Source: a phage
Length of the DNA stretch: 64,000 nt
NCBI GenBank assembly: GCA_027262695.1
Contig: GCA_027262695.1_4722.1
Reading direction: 5' to 3' (one strand)
Shown here: positions 19,172-29,853 of the stretch, one piece after another
How the letters are laid out: every line of letters begins with the position of its first letter
Position numbering within the stretch: the first letter of the stretch is position 1
Made by a program: the position numbers and the translations under genes
The notes under the pieces: generated by a model
Told to the model about the DNA's origin: nothing
Database searches by the model: none
Seen by the model: the letters and a program-made list of their open reading frames with translations, nothing else

Positions 19172-20785
19172 TCGATGGACCCAAAACAGATAGCCATTAA
19201 GATTATTACGTTACTGTTTCGTAATGCACAATTGAACCATCCCGATCCCAGTACGATCGAACATGTTAAATCCGTCTTAGATAAAATCGAACCCCCGAAA
19301 AACCATCTCACCGTTGATGTGGATAGAGAGGTTTTCAACAACCTGATGAACACCATTCATTGGATGTTGGAACAACCGTTATCGGAACCTTTCGATAAAC
19401 AACAGTTGCTACAAAGGATACGTTTAGATTGCCTGGAACAAAGCCACGTTTACGAAATTCTCGCCGACGGATTGTACGATATCGAAGACGATGCTCATAT
19501 CAGTAAGGTCTGTTCGCTTTACTACAATGAATTACGTAATCTGATTACCCGTCGTCGTGTATTTGAAACCTTTAAAAACACGTACATGGATATCAGTAAC
19601 GGCCGCCTTGGGGACAAAGAATTTTTCGACGCGATGGCGAATTTGAAACTATCGCTAGATACCATCGAAATGGATACTGAAAACCCCGAAGAAATGTCCT
19701 GTATGATTGACGGCTTCATCGCTGATAGTGAAGACGATATTGAAAAAGTCGAACGTATGTTCGTTAAGGCGATGGAGCGTAACAGTCCTGAAGGGGGATT
19801 TGTCACCGGCTGGCAGGGGTTTAATAAAATGTTGGGGTCGGTCGGCGTATTACGTCGTGGTACTCTAGGATTGATTGGTGCGATGCAACACCGTAATAAA
19901 TCAGGGGTGTTATTAAAACTTTTCACCCACCTGGCGTTGTACAATAAACCCCATTTCTTTTTTCCGGAGCGCGCAAAGAAAGCCTTATTGATTCATCTCT
20001 CAACAGAGAACGAAGTTGAAGAAAACACGCTTCAAATCTACAAGAACATGCGAGAACAGGAAACAGGTGAATATGTCGATATTCGTAAGATTGACCCACG
20101 TGAAGCTTCACGCTATGTACTGAACGTTTTCAATAATGCGGGGTTCTCTGTCTGCATGCGTCGTGTTGATGGAATGAGCTATAAACAACTTGCTAACCTT
20201 ATCGACCATTTTGAACGTATGGGTTATGAAGTTATGGCTTTGTTCATCGACTATCTAAAAATGTTCTCGTCAGAAGGATTAGATAGGAATGGGCCTACGG
20301 GCGCTTGGCTGCAAGAACTCTTCAACAAAGTACGTAACCTCTGTAGCGTTAAACGTATTTTAGGTATGACCGTACACCAGTTGTCTTCTGATGCGAAGAT
20401 GCGGGCACGTGATGGTAACGATGAAGAATTTGTTGACCAAGTCGCCGGTTTAAGTTACTGGGATGGATGTAAAGGGATTGACCGTGAGATTGACCTTGAG
20501 GTAATTGTTGATATCGTTAAGGAACCTGGCAAACGTCAAAGCTGGCAGGTCTTTGCGCTAGGGAAAGACCGTCAACCGGATAACGGCTCAACAAAACCTG
20601 AAGATAAACATTTTGCGATGCCGTTCCAAACCATCGGGATGCTTCCTGACGATTACGGTAAGAAAGCGGTGTATTGCCGCAAGGTTGGCGGACAACCGGT
20701 CTCTGAAGGAGGCAAAGGTCCGTGGAACAAGTTTGATGAACATGCCGCACCGAGTAATGAACTACAATTTGATTTAGAATTCTAA
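19172..20785 (+). CDS. hypothetical protein
   Basis: The track ORF starts at 19091 but overlaps the minus gene; the ATG at 19172 with aaaggattg SD is the likely start; about 537 aa; followed by hairpin 20813-20843. Confidence 0.6.
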   Translation, partial: SMDPKQIAIKIITLLFRNAQLNHPDPSTIEHVKSVLDKIEPPKNHLTVDVDREVFNNLMNTIHWMLEQPLSEPFDKQQLLQRIRLDCLEQSHVYEILADGLYDIEDDAHISKVCSLYYNELRNLITRRRVFETFKNTYMDISNGRLGDKEFFDAMANLKLSLDTIEMDTENPEEMSCMIDGFIADSEDDIEKVERMFVKAMERNSPEGGFVTGWQGFNKMLGSVGVLRRGTLGLIGAMQHRNKSGVLLKLFTHLALYNKPHFFFPERAKKALLIHLSTENEVEENTLQIYKNMREQETGEYVDIRKIDPREASRYVLNVFNNAGFSVCMRRVDGMSYKQLANLIDHFERMGYEVMALFIDYLKMFSSEGLDRNGPTGAWLQELFNKVRNLCSVKRILGMTVHQLSSDAKMRARDGNDEEFVDQVAGLSYWDGCKGIDREIDLEVIVDIVKEPGKRQSWQVFALGKDRQPDNGSTKPEDKHFAMPFQTIGMLPDDYGKKAVYCRKVGGQPVSEGGKGPWNKFDEHAAPSNELQFDLEF

Positions 20786-20812
20786 AACGCAAAAAAAAAA
20801 ATCGTACGGTTC

Positions 20813-20843
20813 CCTCCTCCAACCCGGAAGGGAAGGAGGAGGG
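20813..20843. terminator. conserved GC-rich hairpin (family copy 4) with upstream A11 tract
   Basis: ccctcctcc-aaccc-ggaa-ggg-aa-ggaggaggg; A-run 20792-20802; between convergent genes. Confidence 0.65.
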
Positions 20844-20860
20844 TTATGACCGTTATGGTG

Positions 20861-21187
20861 TTAACTTATCGTCATGAATTCCGTAGGTGAGAATTTCCAA
20901 CCGTTTTCATTGAGAAGCGTGTTAAGTTTCGCTGCAACGATAAGCCATGCGTGCATGGCTGTCACATCGTATTGGCGATTAACACGGCGTTGGTTTTCGA
21001 TATCGATTTGCTCCCGTTCGGTGATGTTTGGGTAGAGCGCGACGGCGCTGGGCTTCCCTAACGCATCACTCATTACCGCCTGACATTCACTGATGATGTT
21101 ATTGAGATGATAATTGTAAACCGTTCCACGCATAACACGATGACGGCATTCAATAATAGCGTCGTAAATAATTTCTCTTGTTGTCAT
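20861..21187 (-). CDS. small hypothetical protein
   Basis: 108 aa ORF. Confidence 0.5.
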   Translation of the reverse strand: MTTREIIYDAIIECRHRVMRGTVYNYHLNNIISECQAVMSDALGKPSAVALYPNITEREQIDIENQRRVNRQYDVTAMHAWLIVAAKLNTLLNENGWKFSPTEFMTIS

Positions 21188-21193
21188 GATCGA

Positions 21194-21595
21194 TTAAAAC
21201 ACACGTTCGTTTTTAGCACGGGCATCCATAACCAAATCGTAGATACCAGCTGTTCGTAAACATTCTTCGTAATAACGGTGCGTACCTTCCTCCGCCATCC
21301 ACGATAACCCACGACTATCGGCAACAATAACCAGTTTGTTATTGTTGAATGCGCATACCACACGGTAAGTCGCATTGTTGTTTGGATCACGTGTAATCAG
21401 TTCGTAAACACCATTAACCGGTTTACTGAATTCACCGTTCAGCGGAATAAGTTCCGTTGTACCTTCAGCAAACGTTACATTGATTGATGCTGGCTCTTTA
21501 GCAATGACGGTGTATTCCACGTTGTGTTCTTTACTGGTCATGATACCGAAATAAGAACTTACTGGAGAACGTGGTACACTAAGAATATTAAACAT
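21194..21595 (-). CDS. small hypothetical protein
   Basis: 133 aa ORF. Confidence 0.5.
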   Translation of the reverse strand: MFNILSVPRSPVSSYFGIMTSKEHNVEYTVIAKEPASINVTFAEGTTELIPLNGEFSKPVNGVYELITRDPNNNATYRVVCAFNNNKLVIVADSRGLSWMAEEGTHRYYEECLRTAGIYDLVMDARAKNERVF

Positions 21596-21658
21596 GAATG
21601 TTGTCCTCTTAATTGGATATAGATTGTTGGTATGTATTTGAATAAGGTTGGTTTACTT

Positions 21659-22228
21659 TTAGACGATGAGCGTCCAGGTGGTCAGTACACCGCTTGCGAA
21701 TTCAAGCTTAAGACGTTTACCAATAAGCTGTTGTTGGATCATCTTTTCCGTGATCCGACGATCGTGTTGAACGGCTTTATCGAATGCCTCTTTTGCTTCG
21801 GCTTGATAAAAGTTCGTTTCTTCGTTCTCGTCGATATCTTCGAATGCATCATCGTCGATATCAGCAAGTTTTACACGGCCGTTTTCATCGGGTTGTTCGG
21901 CCGGTTCGTTGTCGTAAGGCGTGTCTTTTGTCGGTGCGACACGGTGCTGTAGTTCAACCTGGGTTAGCATCACTTCCATCTCACCGTCGATAGGGATGAT
22001 GTCATCAGCACTACCGTTTTCGGTTAGCTCTCGACTTTCCAGTAACGTCGTAGTAACAGTGAACACCTCCTCGACAGGAACCTCATCATCGTCGATGGTG
22101 TTAACCGTATCGCTGGTCACTTCGGCAACAACCATCAAATCGAATGCGTGAGGGTCGCCGGGCATTTTGATCCCAGGAAGTTTGTTGAGATACCAAGGAT
22201 CAAGAATCATGATTTCGGGATTAAACAT
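21659..22228 (-). CDS. acidic hypothetical protein
   Basis: 189 aa ORF, Asp/Glu-rich (DIDDDAFEDIDENEE). Confidence 0.5.
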   Translation of the reverse strand: MFNPEIMILDPWYLNKLPGIKMPGDPHAFDLMVVAEVTSDTVNTIDDDEVPVEEVFTVTTTLLESRELTENGSADDIIPIDGEMEVMLTQVELQHRVAPTKDTPYDNEPAEQPDENGRVKLADIDDDAFEDIDENEETNFYQAEAKEAFDKAVQHDRRITEKMIQQQLIGKRLKLEFASGVLTTWTLIV

Positions 22229-22303
22229 CGTATTTACCTTTTTATGTTAGGTGGGTTGCGGATAGAAGAATCAATGCATAGTCTGATTTAAGTTTGTTAA
22301 GAC

Positions 22304-23137
22304 TTACTTAGCTTTCGGATTATACGGACTAACATGTTGCTGCATTCGTTGGATTGTTTCGTAGTACGGGTTATAATGAGTGAACATATTGTTGTATGGA
22401 TGGTAGCCGTAAAGCGCATTTTGCCTTGCCGGTGAGAAACCTTTTTGAGAAGGACGATTTGAATTTACTGCGAGCACGTAGTAAACCAAATTTTGATGGT
22501 CGAATGTTCCTTCGTTTTTGAAGGTGTCAGCATAGGCGCTTACCGCAGGAGCAAGTCTATCACCATCGGTTGTAATGATCGTACCATCCGGGTAAACTTC
22601 TCGAACGATACACCATGTTCCGATGAGAACATCTTCGGGTGTCTTATTACTGTATCCGACTGTAACGGTAAGGTAAGTATCGAATCCTCCTGAGCACTGC
22701 GGATGTCGATAAATTGGGCCAGTCGTTTCTGCTTTATCGGTTACGGTTTTTTCGTAAGGACACTTCTTGATTGCTTTGATGTAAATATCGGGAATCTCTA
22801 ATACCGCCTTATCAGGATGAATTCTAAAATGATTCTTGAGTAAGCCCAAAAGGTTGGTTGCTACCACGTCGTGAGGTAGTACCCAATAACTGGTAGGGGA
22901 GTCATCGCCGTCTCTCTTGGAGAAGATGACTGCCTTGTTATCGTCGTCTGGTAGACTGAAGAAAACGATTGACTCAATAGGCATAGCCAGCTCACCACAA
23001 CAGGGGTCAGCGGATAACACCCAATTGTATTTGTTGTCCGTTTCGTATAAATGTTCTGTTCTGTCGATACTACGATCCTTCAATTGGATGTAGCGTTCAC
23101 GTTGTTTCTTGGTTAATTTACGGTAGATAGTGGTCAT
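22304..23137 (-). CDS. hypothetical protein, paralogue family B
   Basis: 277 aa; PIYRHPQCSGGFDTYLTVTVGY and REVYPDGTIITTDG align with PIYVHPECHTTYDRYLTITGG and REIYPDGRITTFCG of the next gene. Confidence 0.6.
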   Translation of the reverse strand: MTTIYRKLTKKQRERYIQLKDRSIDRTEHLYETDNKYNWVLSADPCCGELAMPIESIVFFSLPDDDNKAVIFSKRDGDDSPTSYWVLPHDVVATNLLGLLKNHFRIHPDKAVLEIPDIYIKAIKKCPYEKTVTDKAETTGPIYRHPQCSGGFDTYLTVTVGYSNKTPEDVLIGTWCIVREVYPDGTIITTDGDRLAPAVSAYADTFKNEGTFDHQNLVYYVLAVNSNRPSQKGFSPARQNALYGYHPYNNMFTHYNPYYETIQRMQQHVSPYNPKAK

Positions 23138-23185
23138 GTTAAGCTCCTTGATTACGGTAAGGATGATTTCGGTTTTGTGATGATG

Positions 23186-23213
23186 GTAGGACCACTTTGT
23201 TTAGGATCCTACC
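23186..23213 (-). terminator. hairpin downstream of a family B gene
   Basis: ggtagga...tcctacc inverted repeat immediately 3' of the stop at 23223. Confidence 0.35.
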
Positions 23214-23222
23214 AGTACGGGA

Positions 23223-23996
23223 TTATTCATGATCAGTGTAGAAATGGTGAGGATAGCCGGAGTACGATCCTGCGTTACCGGCTATGGATTCTTTCTGGGA
23301 ATCGACGACGAGCGCGTAGAACTGTCGGGAATTTGTTAACGTTGAGAAATAAGAGGAAAGGACTTTTTCGTTCAACGCATCGCACGGTAGACAGGTACGC
23401 CCACAGAACGTCGTAATACGGCCATCCGGATAGATCTCACGGATCATACGCCATTCACCGATATCAACCGGCGATGGCGCTGCTACACCACCTGTTATCG
23501 TTAAATAACGATCATACGTGGTATGACATTCTGGATGTACGTAAATTGGCTTATTGGCCTCAACTTCTTCAGGAGCATAGCGTCGACCGAGAAGTTCAAT
23601 AACCTCCAGATAGATTGTAGGCAGATCGCAAAGAACCCCTTCCTCTTTACGTTTCTTCGTGATTCGAGGACGAACCTCATTGATAACGTAGGCGAGTTCA
23701 TTCAGCGCTTCTTGCGCTGGTAGCACGAATAAACGGTCCGGTTTGTCGGACAAGTCTTCATTTACGTAAACGTAACAAACATCGTCTTTAGGCGCGTAGA
23801 AGAAGCGAGAGACCTTAAAGGTTTCCGTAGTACGATAACCGAGACGCGTTTGGTCCTGCACCAGAGAAAATATCCAGCGACGTCCTTCGTCCTGTTCAAT
23901 GATATCATTGAACATCTTTGTTTGATCAGGAAGTTGATATTCTTCCTGTAATTTAGCAAGTGCTTCATTATCCAGTTTGGTGTAAACATCAGTCAT
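23223..23996 (-). CDS. hypothetical protein, paralogue family B
   Basis: 257 aa; see 22304-23137; N-terminus MTDVYTKL resembles MTTIYRKL and MTDIYRNT of the flanking genes. Confidence 0.6.
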   Translation of the reverse strand: MTDVYTKLDNEALAKLQEEYQLPDQTKMFNDIIEQDEGRRWIFSLVQDQTRLGYRTTETFKVSRFFYAPKDDVCYVYVNEDLSDKPDRLFVLPAQEALNELAYVINEVRPRITKKRKEEGVLCDLPTIYLEVIELLGRRYAPEEVEANKPIYVHPECHTTYDRYLTITGGVAAPSPVDIGEWRMIREIYPDGRITTFCGRTCLPCDALNEKVLSSYFSTLTNSRQFYALVVDSQKESIAGNAGSYSGYPHHFYTDHE

Positions 23997-24023
23997 GATA
24001 GTATCCTCGATTAGTAAGGTTGG

Positions 24024-24428
24024 CTAGTCTATCTTAAGCCAGATTGATGGTAAATGGAAATAGACACCGTCGTCTATTTGTTTTTGTGTTAACGGGGTTG
24101 GAAGTTTAGTGATGATGTTGTCGATCGATTCCTCAATGTCACTTGTTAGAACGTCGATGTGGTAATAGCGAGCGATGCGTCCGTTACGTTCTAGCCAAAA
24201 CAGACGAACGAAATCACTATTTTTATTAATCGCATTCATAAACACGATTTGATGAAGCAGGATCATTCTTGACGAGGGGTAATCGTCAGGACGCGGAGTC
24301 ATCACCAGTTCCCAACGTTTCCGTCGCACGCCTTTTTTGAATTGACTCGTTACATTTGAACCACTTTTACCTAAGTTTATAACAAATTGCTTTAGACGAT
24401 ACGGTGTATTTCTGTAAATATCGGTCAT
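24024..24428 (-). CDS. hypothetical protein, short family B member (N-terminal domain only)
   Basis: 134 aa; MTDIYRNT start and HLPSIWLKID match the N-terminal halves of the two larger paralogues. Confidence 0.5.
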   Translation of the reverse strand: MTDIYRNTPYRLKQFVINLGKSGSNVTSQFKKGVRRKRWELVMTPRPDDYPSSRMILLHQIVFMNAINKNSDFVRLFWLERNGRIARYYHIDVLTSDIEESIDNIITKLPTPLTQKQIDDGVYFHLPSIWLKID

Positions 24429-24512
24429 TGATTATAGCTCCAGGTTATTATCACTAAGGTAATATAGTCGTGAAATAAACTGGAGTAATAGAAATAATAA
24501 GACGGCATAAGA

Positions 24513-24543
24513 CCCTCTCCCAACCCGTAAGGGAAGGGAGAGG
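24513..24543. terminator. conserved GC-rich hairpin (family copy 5)
   Basis: ccctctccc-aaccc-gtaa-ggg-aa-gggagagg; just 3' of the stop of the 24549-25916 gene. Confidence 0.6.
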
Positions 24544-24548
24544 AAGTA

Positions 24549-25916
24549 TTAAACGGTTGGACGAACGGTGTTGTCTTTTTCCGGTGCAAGCCAGAGTGTG
24601 ACGGTACCGTGGCAGGTCCATTGGGGTTCACGTACAGAAGAACCCGCCATCGTAACAGCGCAATCGGTACGCATAACAACGCCGTAAGCTTCGCAAAGGT
24701 TATTGTCTTGCATCCAAACAACTTTAGCAGGCATGCCAGGATACAGTAAATCCATGTTGGCATGTTCCCATACCAACTGCATCGTTCGACCGCGTAACCC
24801 AGCAGTATTACTTAATTCCCGCCAACGGTTATCCGTTACCCGGCCCATCCCTTTTGCTACCTTCACGTTATCACTACGTTCTTCCGTCACATACTCGCTT
24901 ACGTTCACGGTACGACTGATGATCGTATCACCGCCCTTCGATAACGTCATTCCCTGGCTCATCTGACTCGCTGAAACAAAGCGTCCACCCGCATTACCTA
25001 ACAATGAAGCTGCGTTGCTGATATCGCTGACCGACGCACCTCGTGTACACGCGATCTCCACGTATTTGTCACGATTGATCCAGGTATTTTCCATGCCGGG
25101 AAACATATCGGCCGGATAATTGTAAAAAATCGCCGTACGTCGACCGTCGGAGAAACGGGTTTCGTCATACAGAGGGTAGATATACAAATACGGTGATTGG
25201 TAATAGCAACCAACGTCCGCTGAATAAATACCGACCTGGTTCTGGATCTTATCAACAAGATCCATCGCGTTGGTACCATGAGGAAGAATCAATAACTTGA
25301 ACAAATCATTGTTATTCGGTGCGACAATATCAACACCCTGCATTTTGAAGCCGGTATCCGCTTCAACAGCAGAAAGGATTTTACTGAATTCGAGTCGCAG
25401 TACATCCAGAACTTTCGATCCAGTATAGTTCTCACCGGTTTCTGACTGCATGAAGCTTTCAAGAACAGGATCGAACAACTGGAATTGAAGATCGACCATC
25501 TGCTCGTAATCTTTCTTCGCAGAATCGGTTGCAGTACGTTCATCGGTTGCGGACATACGACTGTCTACGGTGGTTAAACAAACTGCCCGATAGACATAAG
25601 CTTGTGCGGCATCGTCTACGGTTTGGCGTTGTCCACGCATCAGACTGTACGCCTGCACGATGACGCGCATTTTAAGTTGTTGCTGGTACGGTAAAATGTA
25701 TTTTCCGTAACTGCCCGGAGGGAACTTTACAGAGATATAAAGTTCATCTCCTGCGTTACGTTCATAGTCTCGATACGTGTGGACTTGAGTCACTAAAGGA
25801 ACAGACACCGTCATTGACGGCGTGATTAATTCCGCGGTGACTTTATACGCAACAGCAACTGCTTCCTGCGCAAATGTACCGATATACCGTCCTAACGGCG
25901 TCTGTTTGTAATCCAT
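24549..25916 (-). CDS. hypothetical protein (possible virion component)
   Basis: 455 aa ORF. Confidence 0.6.
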   Translation of the reverse strand: MDYKQTPLGRYIGTFAQEAVAVAYKVTAELITPSMTVSVPLVTQVHTYRDYERNAGDELYISVKFPPGSYGKYILPYQQQLKMRVIVQAYSLMRGQRQTVDDAAQAYVYRAVCLTTVDSRMSATDERTATDSAKKDYEQMVDLQFQLFDPVLESFMQSETGENYTGSKVLDVLRLEFSKILSAVEADTGFKMQGVDIVAPNNNDLFKLLILPHGTNAMDLVDKIQNQVGIYSADVGCYYQSPYLYIYPLYDETRFSDGRRTAIFYNYPADMFPGMENTWINRDKYVEIACTRGASVSDISNAASLLGNAGGRFVSASQMSQGMTLSKGGDTIISRTVNVSEYVTEERSDNVKVAKGMGRVTDNRWRELSNTAGLRGRTMQLVWEHANMDLLYPGMPAKVVWMQDNNLCEAYGVVMRTDCAVTMAGSSVREPQWTCHGTVTLWLAPEKDNTVRPTV

Positions 25917-25918
25917 GG

Positions 25919-26524
25919 TTAACGGCCTCGTTGTTGCTGCTGAATGATAAACTCTTCGATTTTAGTTCCTTTGAACTCGCTATGGCGTACGGCTTGCAGC
26001 TGTTCTTCAACCGTCGGACCCGCATTGAGACCGCCGCGACGTGCACGGTGGATACCGATTTTACGTCGCTGACCGATTTCACGTAAACGTGAGGTTAACC
26101 CGCTCATTTCCGTCGGATCTTTAATACGTCCACGTGCAACGTTCCATAGACCACCCATGAACTCTTCGAGGATACGACTTGCTTCAAGCGAAGGCGCACG
26201 CGCGTTAGGATCGTTTTCAAGATTGTACTTTACATACTCCGTGTGCTCCAGAAGAAGCGTGAACATTTTCATCGCGTTGACATCAGGATTAGCGATACGC
26301 ATCGGAACACCACGAGAGTGTTTTTCAGCGGCTTGTGGGATGGTAAGCTGTGCCGGTACCTCTTCGTTCATCGTCATATCGTCGATTTCTGCAACCCCTG
26401 ACGAGTAGACACCACTGACTTCGTTGGTATAGTTATCCACCATGAATTTACGGGGGATCCAGAATTCGAATTTACGTTCGAAAAGACGTTTGGTTGGGGT
26501 ATCTTTAACGTGTTGTAGACTCAT
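25919..26524 (-). CDS. hypothetical protein
   Basis: 201 aa ORF; stop/start overlap with neighbours suggests translational coupling. Confidence 0.55.
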   Translation of the reverse strand: MSLQHVKDTPTKRLFERKFEFWIPRKFMVDNYTNEVSGVYSSGVAEIDDMTMNEEVPAQLTIPQAAEKHSRGVPMRIANPDVNAMKMFTLLLEHTEYVKYNLENDPNARAPSLEASRILEEFMGGLWNVARGRIKDPTEMSGLTSRLREIGQRRKIGIHRARRGGLNAGPTVEEQLQAVRHSEFKGTKIEEFIIQQQQRGR

Positions 26525-27837
26525 GGTTCAATAGCTCCTGCTCGTAACAGCATAATAACGAACGGTGTGAAATAATAACGATCTAACGGAGAAAGCAGTG
26601 GTATAGCGTCAACCATCTGCTTCAGTGCCGGATGACTGATTGCCTTTTCATCAATCATGTCGCGCACCATACTTTCAATAATCGTCATTGGCGCTTGGTT
26701 GCGATAGAACGCCTCGGTGAAAACATAGTACGGATCATCTACTACTGATGGAAACAACGGAACGCCGTCATACTCCATCGATGTAAGGTTGGTCACCAAC
26801 GGATTTGTCGGTGGTGTGCTTTCAGGTACCGCCAACTCTTTACCGACGTCTTCACCGAGCGACGTGGTCACAGGCCACATACAGAACCGCGCACCACTAA
26901 AACGAATCCCGCCTGCAGCCGGGTATTGGTAGAAACGCTTTGTTGACAACAGTGTGAATTTCACCGTCAACCGTGCTTCGTCTTCCCGACGTCCGTCCAT
27001 GACCCATTCAAAGACAGAAATCGCATTCGCTTCCTGGTTATCGTCTACGTTAAGGCGTCCAAAGTTCCATGATGGCTTTCCTTCAAGCGACGACCATAAT
27101 TTCGTAAACGCATTAACACACCAGGGATCGTAGGTTGCCGCATCCTGACCAGGAACAAGTAGTGTGTTTAATTCACGGCTGTAAAATTCGTGGTAATACG
27201 CGTGACAAAGTCCCAGTGCACGACGGAGATAATCGTACTTACGATTGTATTTCTCCGTTGCCATTACGGGATGTTTTCCGTGCTTTAACTGGTCTTGGTC
27301 GTATAGCGTATCCTCAACGATTTTCGCTTCCAGTTCGATAAGCTGTTTTTCGTCAAGAATACGTTGGAAGGAAATGTCGCATTCGTAAGCCGGTGCTAAG
27401 CTGATGTTCTTCGGCGTGATTCGGGTGATTGTGTACACCGCGATACGATGATCGAGACCGGAGATTAACAGCATGTTACCTAAAAGAGGAACCGATACCG
27501 CCGGAAGTATACACGTACCCTCTGATTGAAAACGTGCGGTACCGTTGTCGTACGACGGCGTCAATGACGACATTAACTTGATAGGGTAATGTCTGATGCG
27601 ACGGTACTGCTGTTCAGCGATATCGCGGTTAGCTTGAAAACTGCTTTGTTCATCATCGCGACCGAGAATCTGTTCGTAATAATCACATTCTACGGAATAA
27701 CCGGATGCGTAATTCACTAACCCGATTTGACTATTGTATTGCTCATCCACCACCGCAGAACGATAAACATCGTCGCGAGCCTTCGCGGGTTGTTGGGGGT
27801 TGATGATGGGTTTCGCGGGCTTCTTAGCGAGCGCCAT
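26521..27837 (-). CDS. hypothetical protein
   Basis: 438 aa ORF. Confidence 0.6.
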   Translation of the reverse strand: MALAKKPAKPIINPQQPAKARDDVYRSAVVDEQYNSQIGLVNYASGYSVECDYYEQILGRDDEQSSFQANRDIAEQQYRRIRHYPIKLMSSLTPSYDNGTARFQSEGTCILPAVSVPLLGNMLLISGLDHRIAVYTITRITPKNISLAPAYECDISFQRILDEKQLIELEAKIVEDTLYDQDQLKHGKHPVMATEKYNRKYDYLRRALGLCHAYYHEFYSRELNTLLVPGQDAATYDPWCVNAFTKLWSSLEGKPSWNFGRLNVDDNQEANAISVFEWVMDGRREDEARLTVKFTLLSTKRFYQYPAAGGIRFSGARFCMWPVTTSLGEDVGKELAVPESTPPTNPLVTNLTSMEYDGVPLFPSVVDDPYYVFTEAFYRNQAPMTIIESMVRDMIDEKAISHPALKQMVDAIPLLSPLDRYYFTPFVIMLLRAGAIEP

Positions 27838-29416
27838 AGCGTTTCACTCCTACGATGGTACCGACAAGAATTCTCGGTACGAATAAACTACGATGTTTGA
27901 ACCACGAAGCGGTTGTCGGGATACGTTTGATGGCTTCGATAAGCCCGATTAGCGTATAGCACCCCCGACTGTTCTTCTTAGGCCAGTACTTTTTATCTAG
28001 ACCTAATACTGCAAACAGCTCATCCACCAGATTGGGATAACAACACAATGCTTCAAGTGTTTCAACCTGTAACTGACTTAAATCTAACAGTATCGCCAGA
28101 CGAACGTGGTAATCACTCCGTAGGTCTAATGGATCTTTCGCTTCAAGATCGCCAACGTCGGTTAATGTCCACGCGTCTCTTGCGTAGCGGTATTTGCCCT
28201 TCCAAACTTCAAGGAAAAAAGGAGACTGGTAATGGCATTTTGACCATTCCGGGTACTCACGGAACCACCGAACAAGATCGGGATGGAATTCACCTTCTTC
28301 GGCTAACGAGTCCAACGTCACCAACAGGTTAGGTTGTTCAGGATCGATAGCGAGCAGCGCGGTGAAAAGCGTGCTTGATGGAAGCTCGGTCTCTACGCTC
28401 GATGGAGGCAGCCATTCATCCAAATCGGGATACCGATACGCTTGAATCGACGCACCCTGTTCCGGCAAGAACGAATCACGAAGAATGTCCTGATACTGCA
28501 CCACCATACCACCACGACGCGCACGGGATTTATCACGCACCGAAAGGCTCGGTTTGTAAAGGTACTCTTCGGGGAGTATCTGTTGGTGTACTTGAACAGG
28601 ATACCGCGCTACGATGTGTGTTGGCGTGTCGTATGTGTAACGGTAAGAGAAGGTTGCGTTGTACGAAGAACTGTTCTCATTCTTCTCGGGTTTCGGAGCG
28701 TCGGTGAAATCAAATTGACCAGAGATCTCTTCTTGCATTTCCCTGATAACCAATTTAACGCTCTTACCGTCACCTGCAACCGTCGTCATGGTGGTTGCGC
28801 GGTTGTCGAACCCGTCTCTAAGGTATTCGCTGAACTTATCCCCGTAACCCGCTATTGCTTCCCGGTGTGTATGAATAACTTTTAACAACATGAGAAACTG
28901 TGTTGGGATCGCATAGCTGTATTCGGCGCTAAGGAAGGCAGCGACGTGCTGACTTGTCAGCAAACGTTTCATGTCGTACCACCAACGTTCGGCGGTGACC
29001 TGATCCTCGAACCGTTTGGTGATCTGCATGGTCGCAACCATCGTACTGTAAACAGGTACTAGCGATACGCCAAGGTTACGGTCTTCAAATACGGGAAGAC
29101 TGTTTCGTTTGTAAACGGTATCGTACATAGAGGCCTGTTCTTCAGGGACAATGTTAAGCTCAATTTGGATAAACCCGTCAGCAGGCCCCTTTACATCCTG
29201 ATCAACAACTTGCGGCGGTTGCTCGTTCGCAGCACTCATTTTAGCGTGAAGAGCTTCCCCTCGAAAAAGAATGTTCTCCCGACTATAATCCCACCCGCAA
29301 AGCTCGCTGATCTGCCGTAACACCGCGATTGCAACCGGACGTGTTACCGTCGCGTATACGTCATTGATTTTTCGATCAAGTTTAGGCATCGGTGTCGTCC
29401 TCGCTAATTTCCCCAC
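27824..29416 (-). CDS. hypothetical protein
   Basis: 530 aa ORF; the start may be the internal Met about 27 nt downstream (near 29389) to reduce overlap with the upstream gene. Confidence 0.55.
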   Translation of the reverse strand: MGKLARTTPMPKLDRKINDVYATVTRPVAIAVLRQISELCGWDYSRENILFRGEALHAKMSAANEQPPQVVDQDVKGPADGFIQIELNIVPEEQASMYDTVYKRNSLPVFEDRNLGVSLVPVYSTMVATMQITKRFEDQVTAERWWYDMKRLLTSQHVAAFLSAEYSYAIPTQFLMLLKVIHTHREAIAGYGDKFSEYLRDGFDNRATTMTTVAGDGKSVKLVIREMQEEISGQFDFTDAPKPEKNENSSSYNATFSYRYTYDTPTHIVARYPVQVHQQILPEEYLYKPSLSVRDKSRARRGGMVVQYQDILRDSFLPEQGASIQAYRYPDLDEWLPPSSVETELPSSTLFTALLAIDPEQPNLLVTLDSLAEEGEFHPDLVRWFREYPEWSKCHYQSPFFLEVWKGKYRYARDAWTLTDVGDLEAKDPLDLRSDYHVRLAILLDLSQLQVETLEALCCYPNLVDELFAVLGLDKKYWPKKNSRGCYTLIGLIEAIKRIPTTASWFKHRSLFVPRILVGTIVGVKRYGAR

Positions 29417-29765
29417 CTCCTTGTTGTCGATATCCGGTATAATGAATCAGACTGCTCTGTAGAAGCTCTTTAACGAGCCCTAGACGCGTTTTATCTGTTT
29501 CATTGGACGTTTCCATTAATGTTTCTATTTCATTGTTTAAAACAGCGTATAGCGCTTCTAACGGCAATCCTTGGATGATTGGTTTGATGGTACCTTCCGG
29601 TAGTGCCGCAACAGGAATCTGCACGACGGTTTCGTGTGCGGTATGTGGGTTAATACGGCAAATATACATACCGGGTACTGAATGTCGCGGGCACGCCGCT
29701 ACCAAGCATGTCTGTTGCTGCGCACCGTTAAGTGCGAGTGAAAGAAATTTTGCTTCACGTGTCAT
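29382..29765 (-). CDS. small hypothetical protein
   Basis: 127 aa ORF. Confidence 0.45.
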   Translation of the reverse strand: MTREAKFLSLALNGAQQQTCLVAACPRHSVPGMYICRINPHTAHETVVQIPVAALPEGTIKPIIQGLPLEALYAVLNNEIETLMETSNETDKTRLGLVKELLQSSLIHYTGYRQQGGGEISEDDTDA

Positions 29766-29810
29766 CGCAGATTCCTGTTTGAAAGATAAGATATCACATG
29801 ATGGTCGACA

Positions 29811-29847
29811 GCATAAAGCCCACCCCGAAGGGCGGGCTGTTTATGCG
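29811..29847 (-). terminator. long imperfect hairpin downstream of the 1124 aa gene
   Basis: gcataaagcccaccc-cgaa-gggcgggctgtttatgc, 7 nt 3' of the stop at 29854. Confidence 0.5.
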
Positions 29848-29853
29848 TACGGA

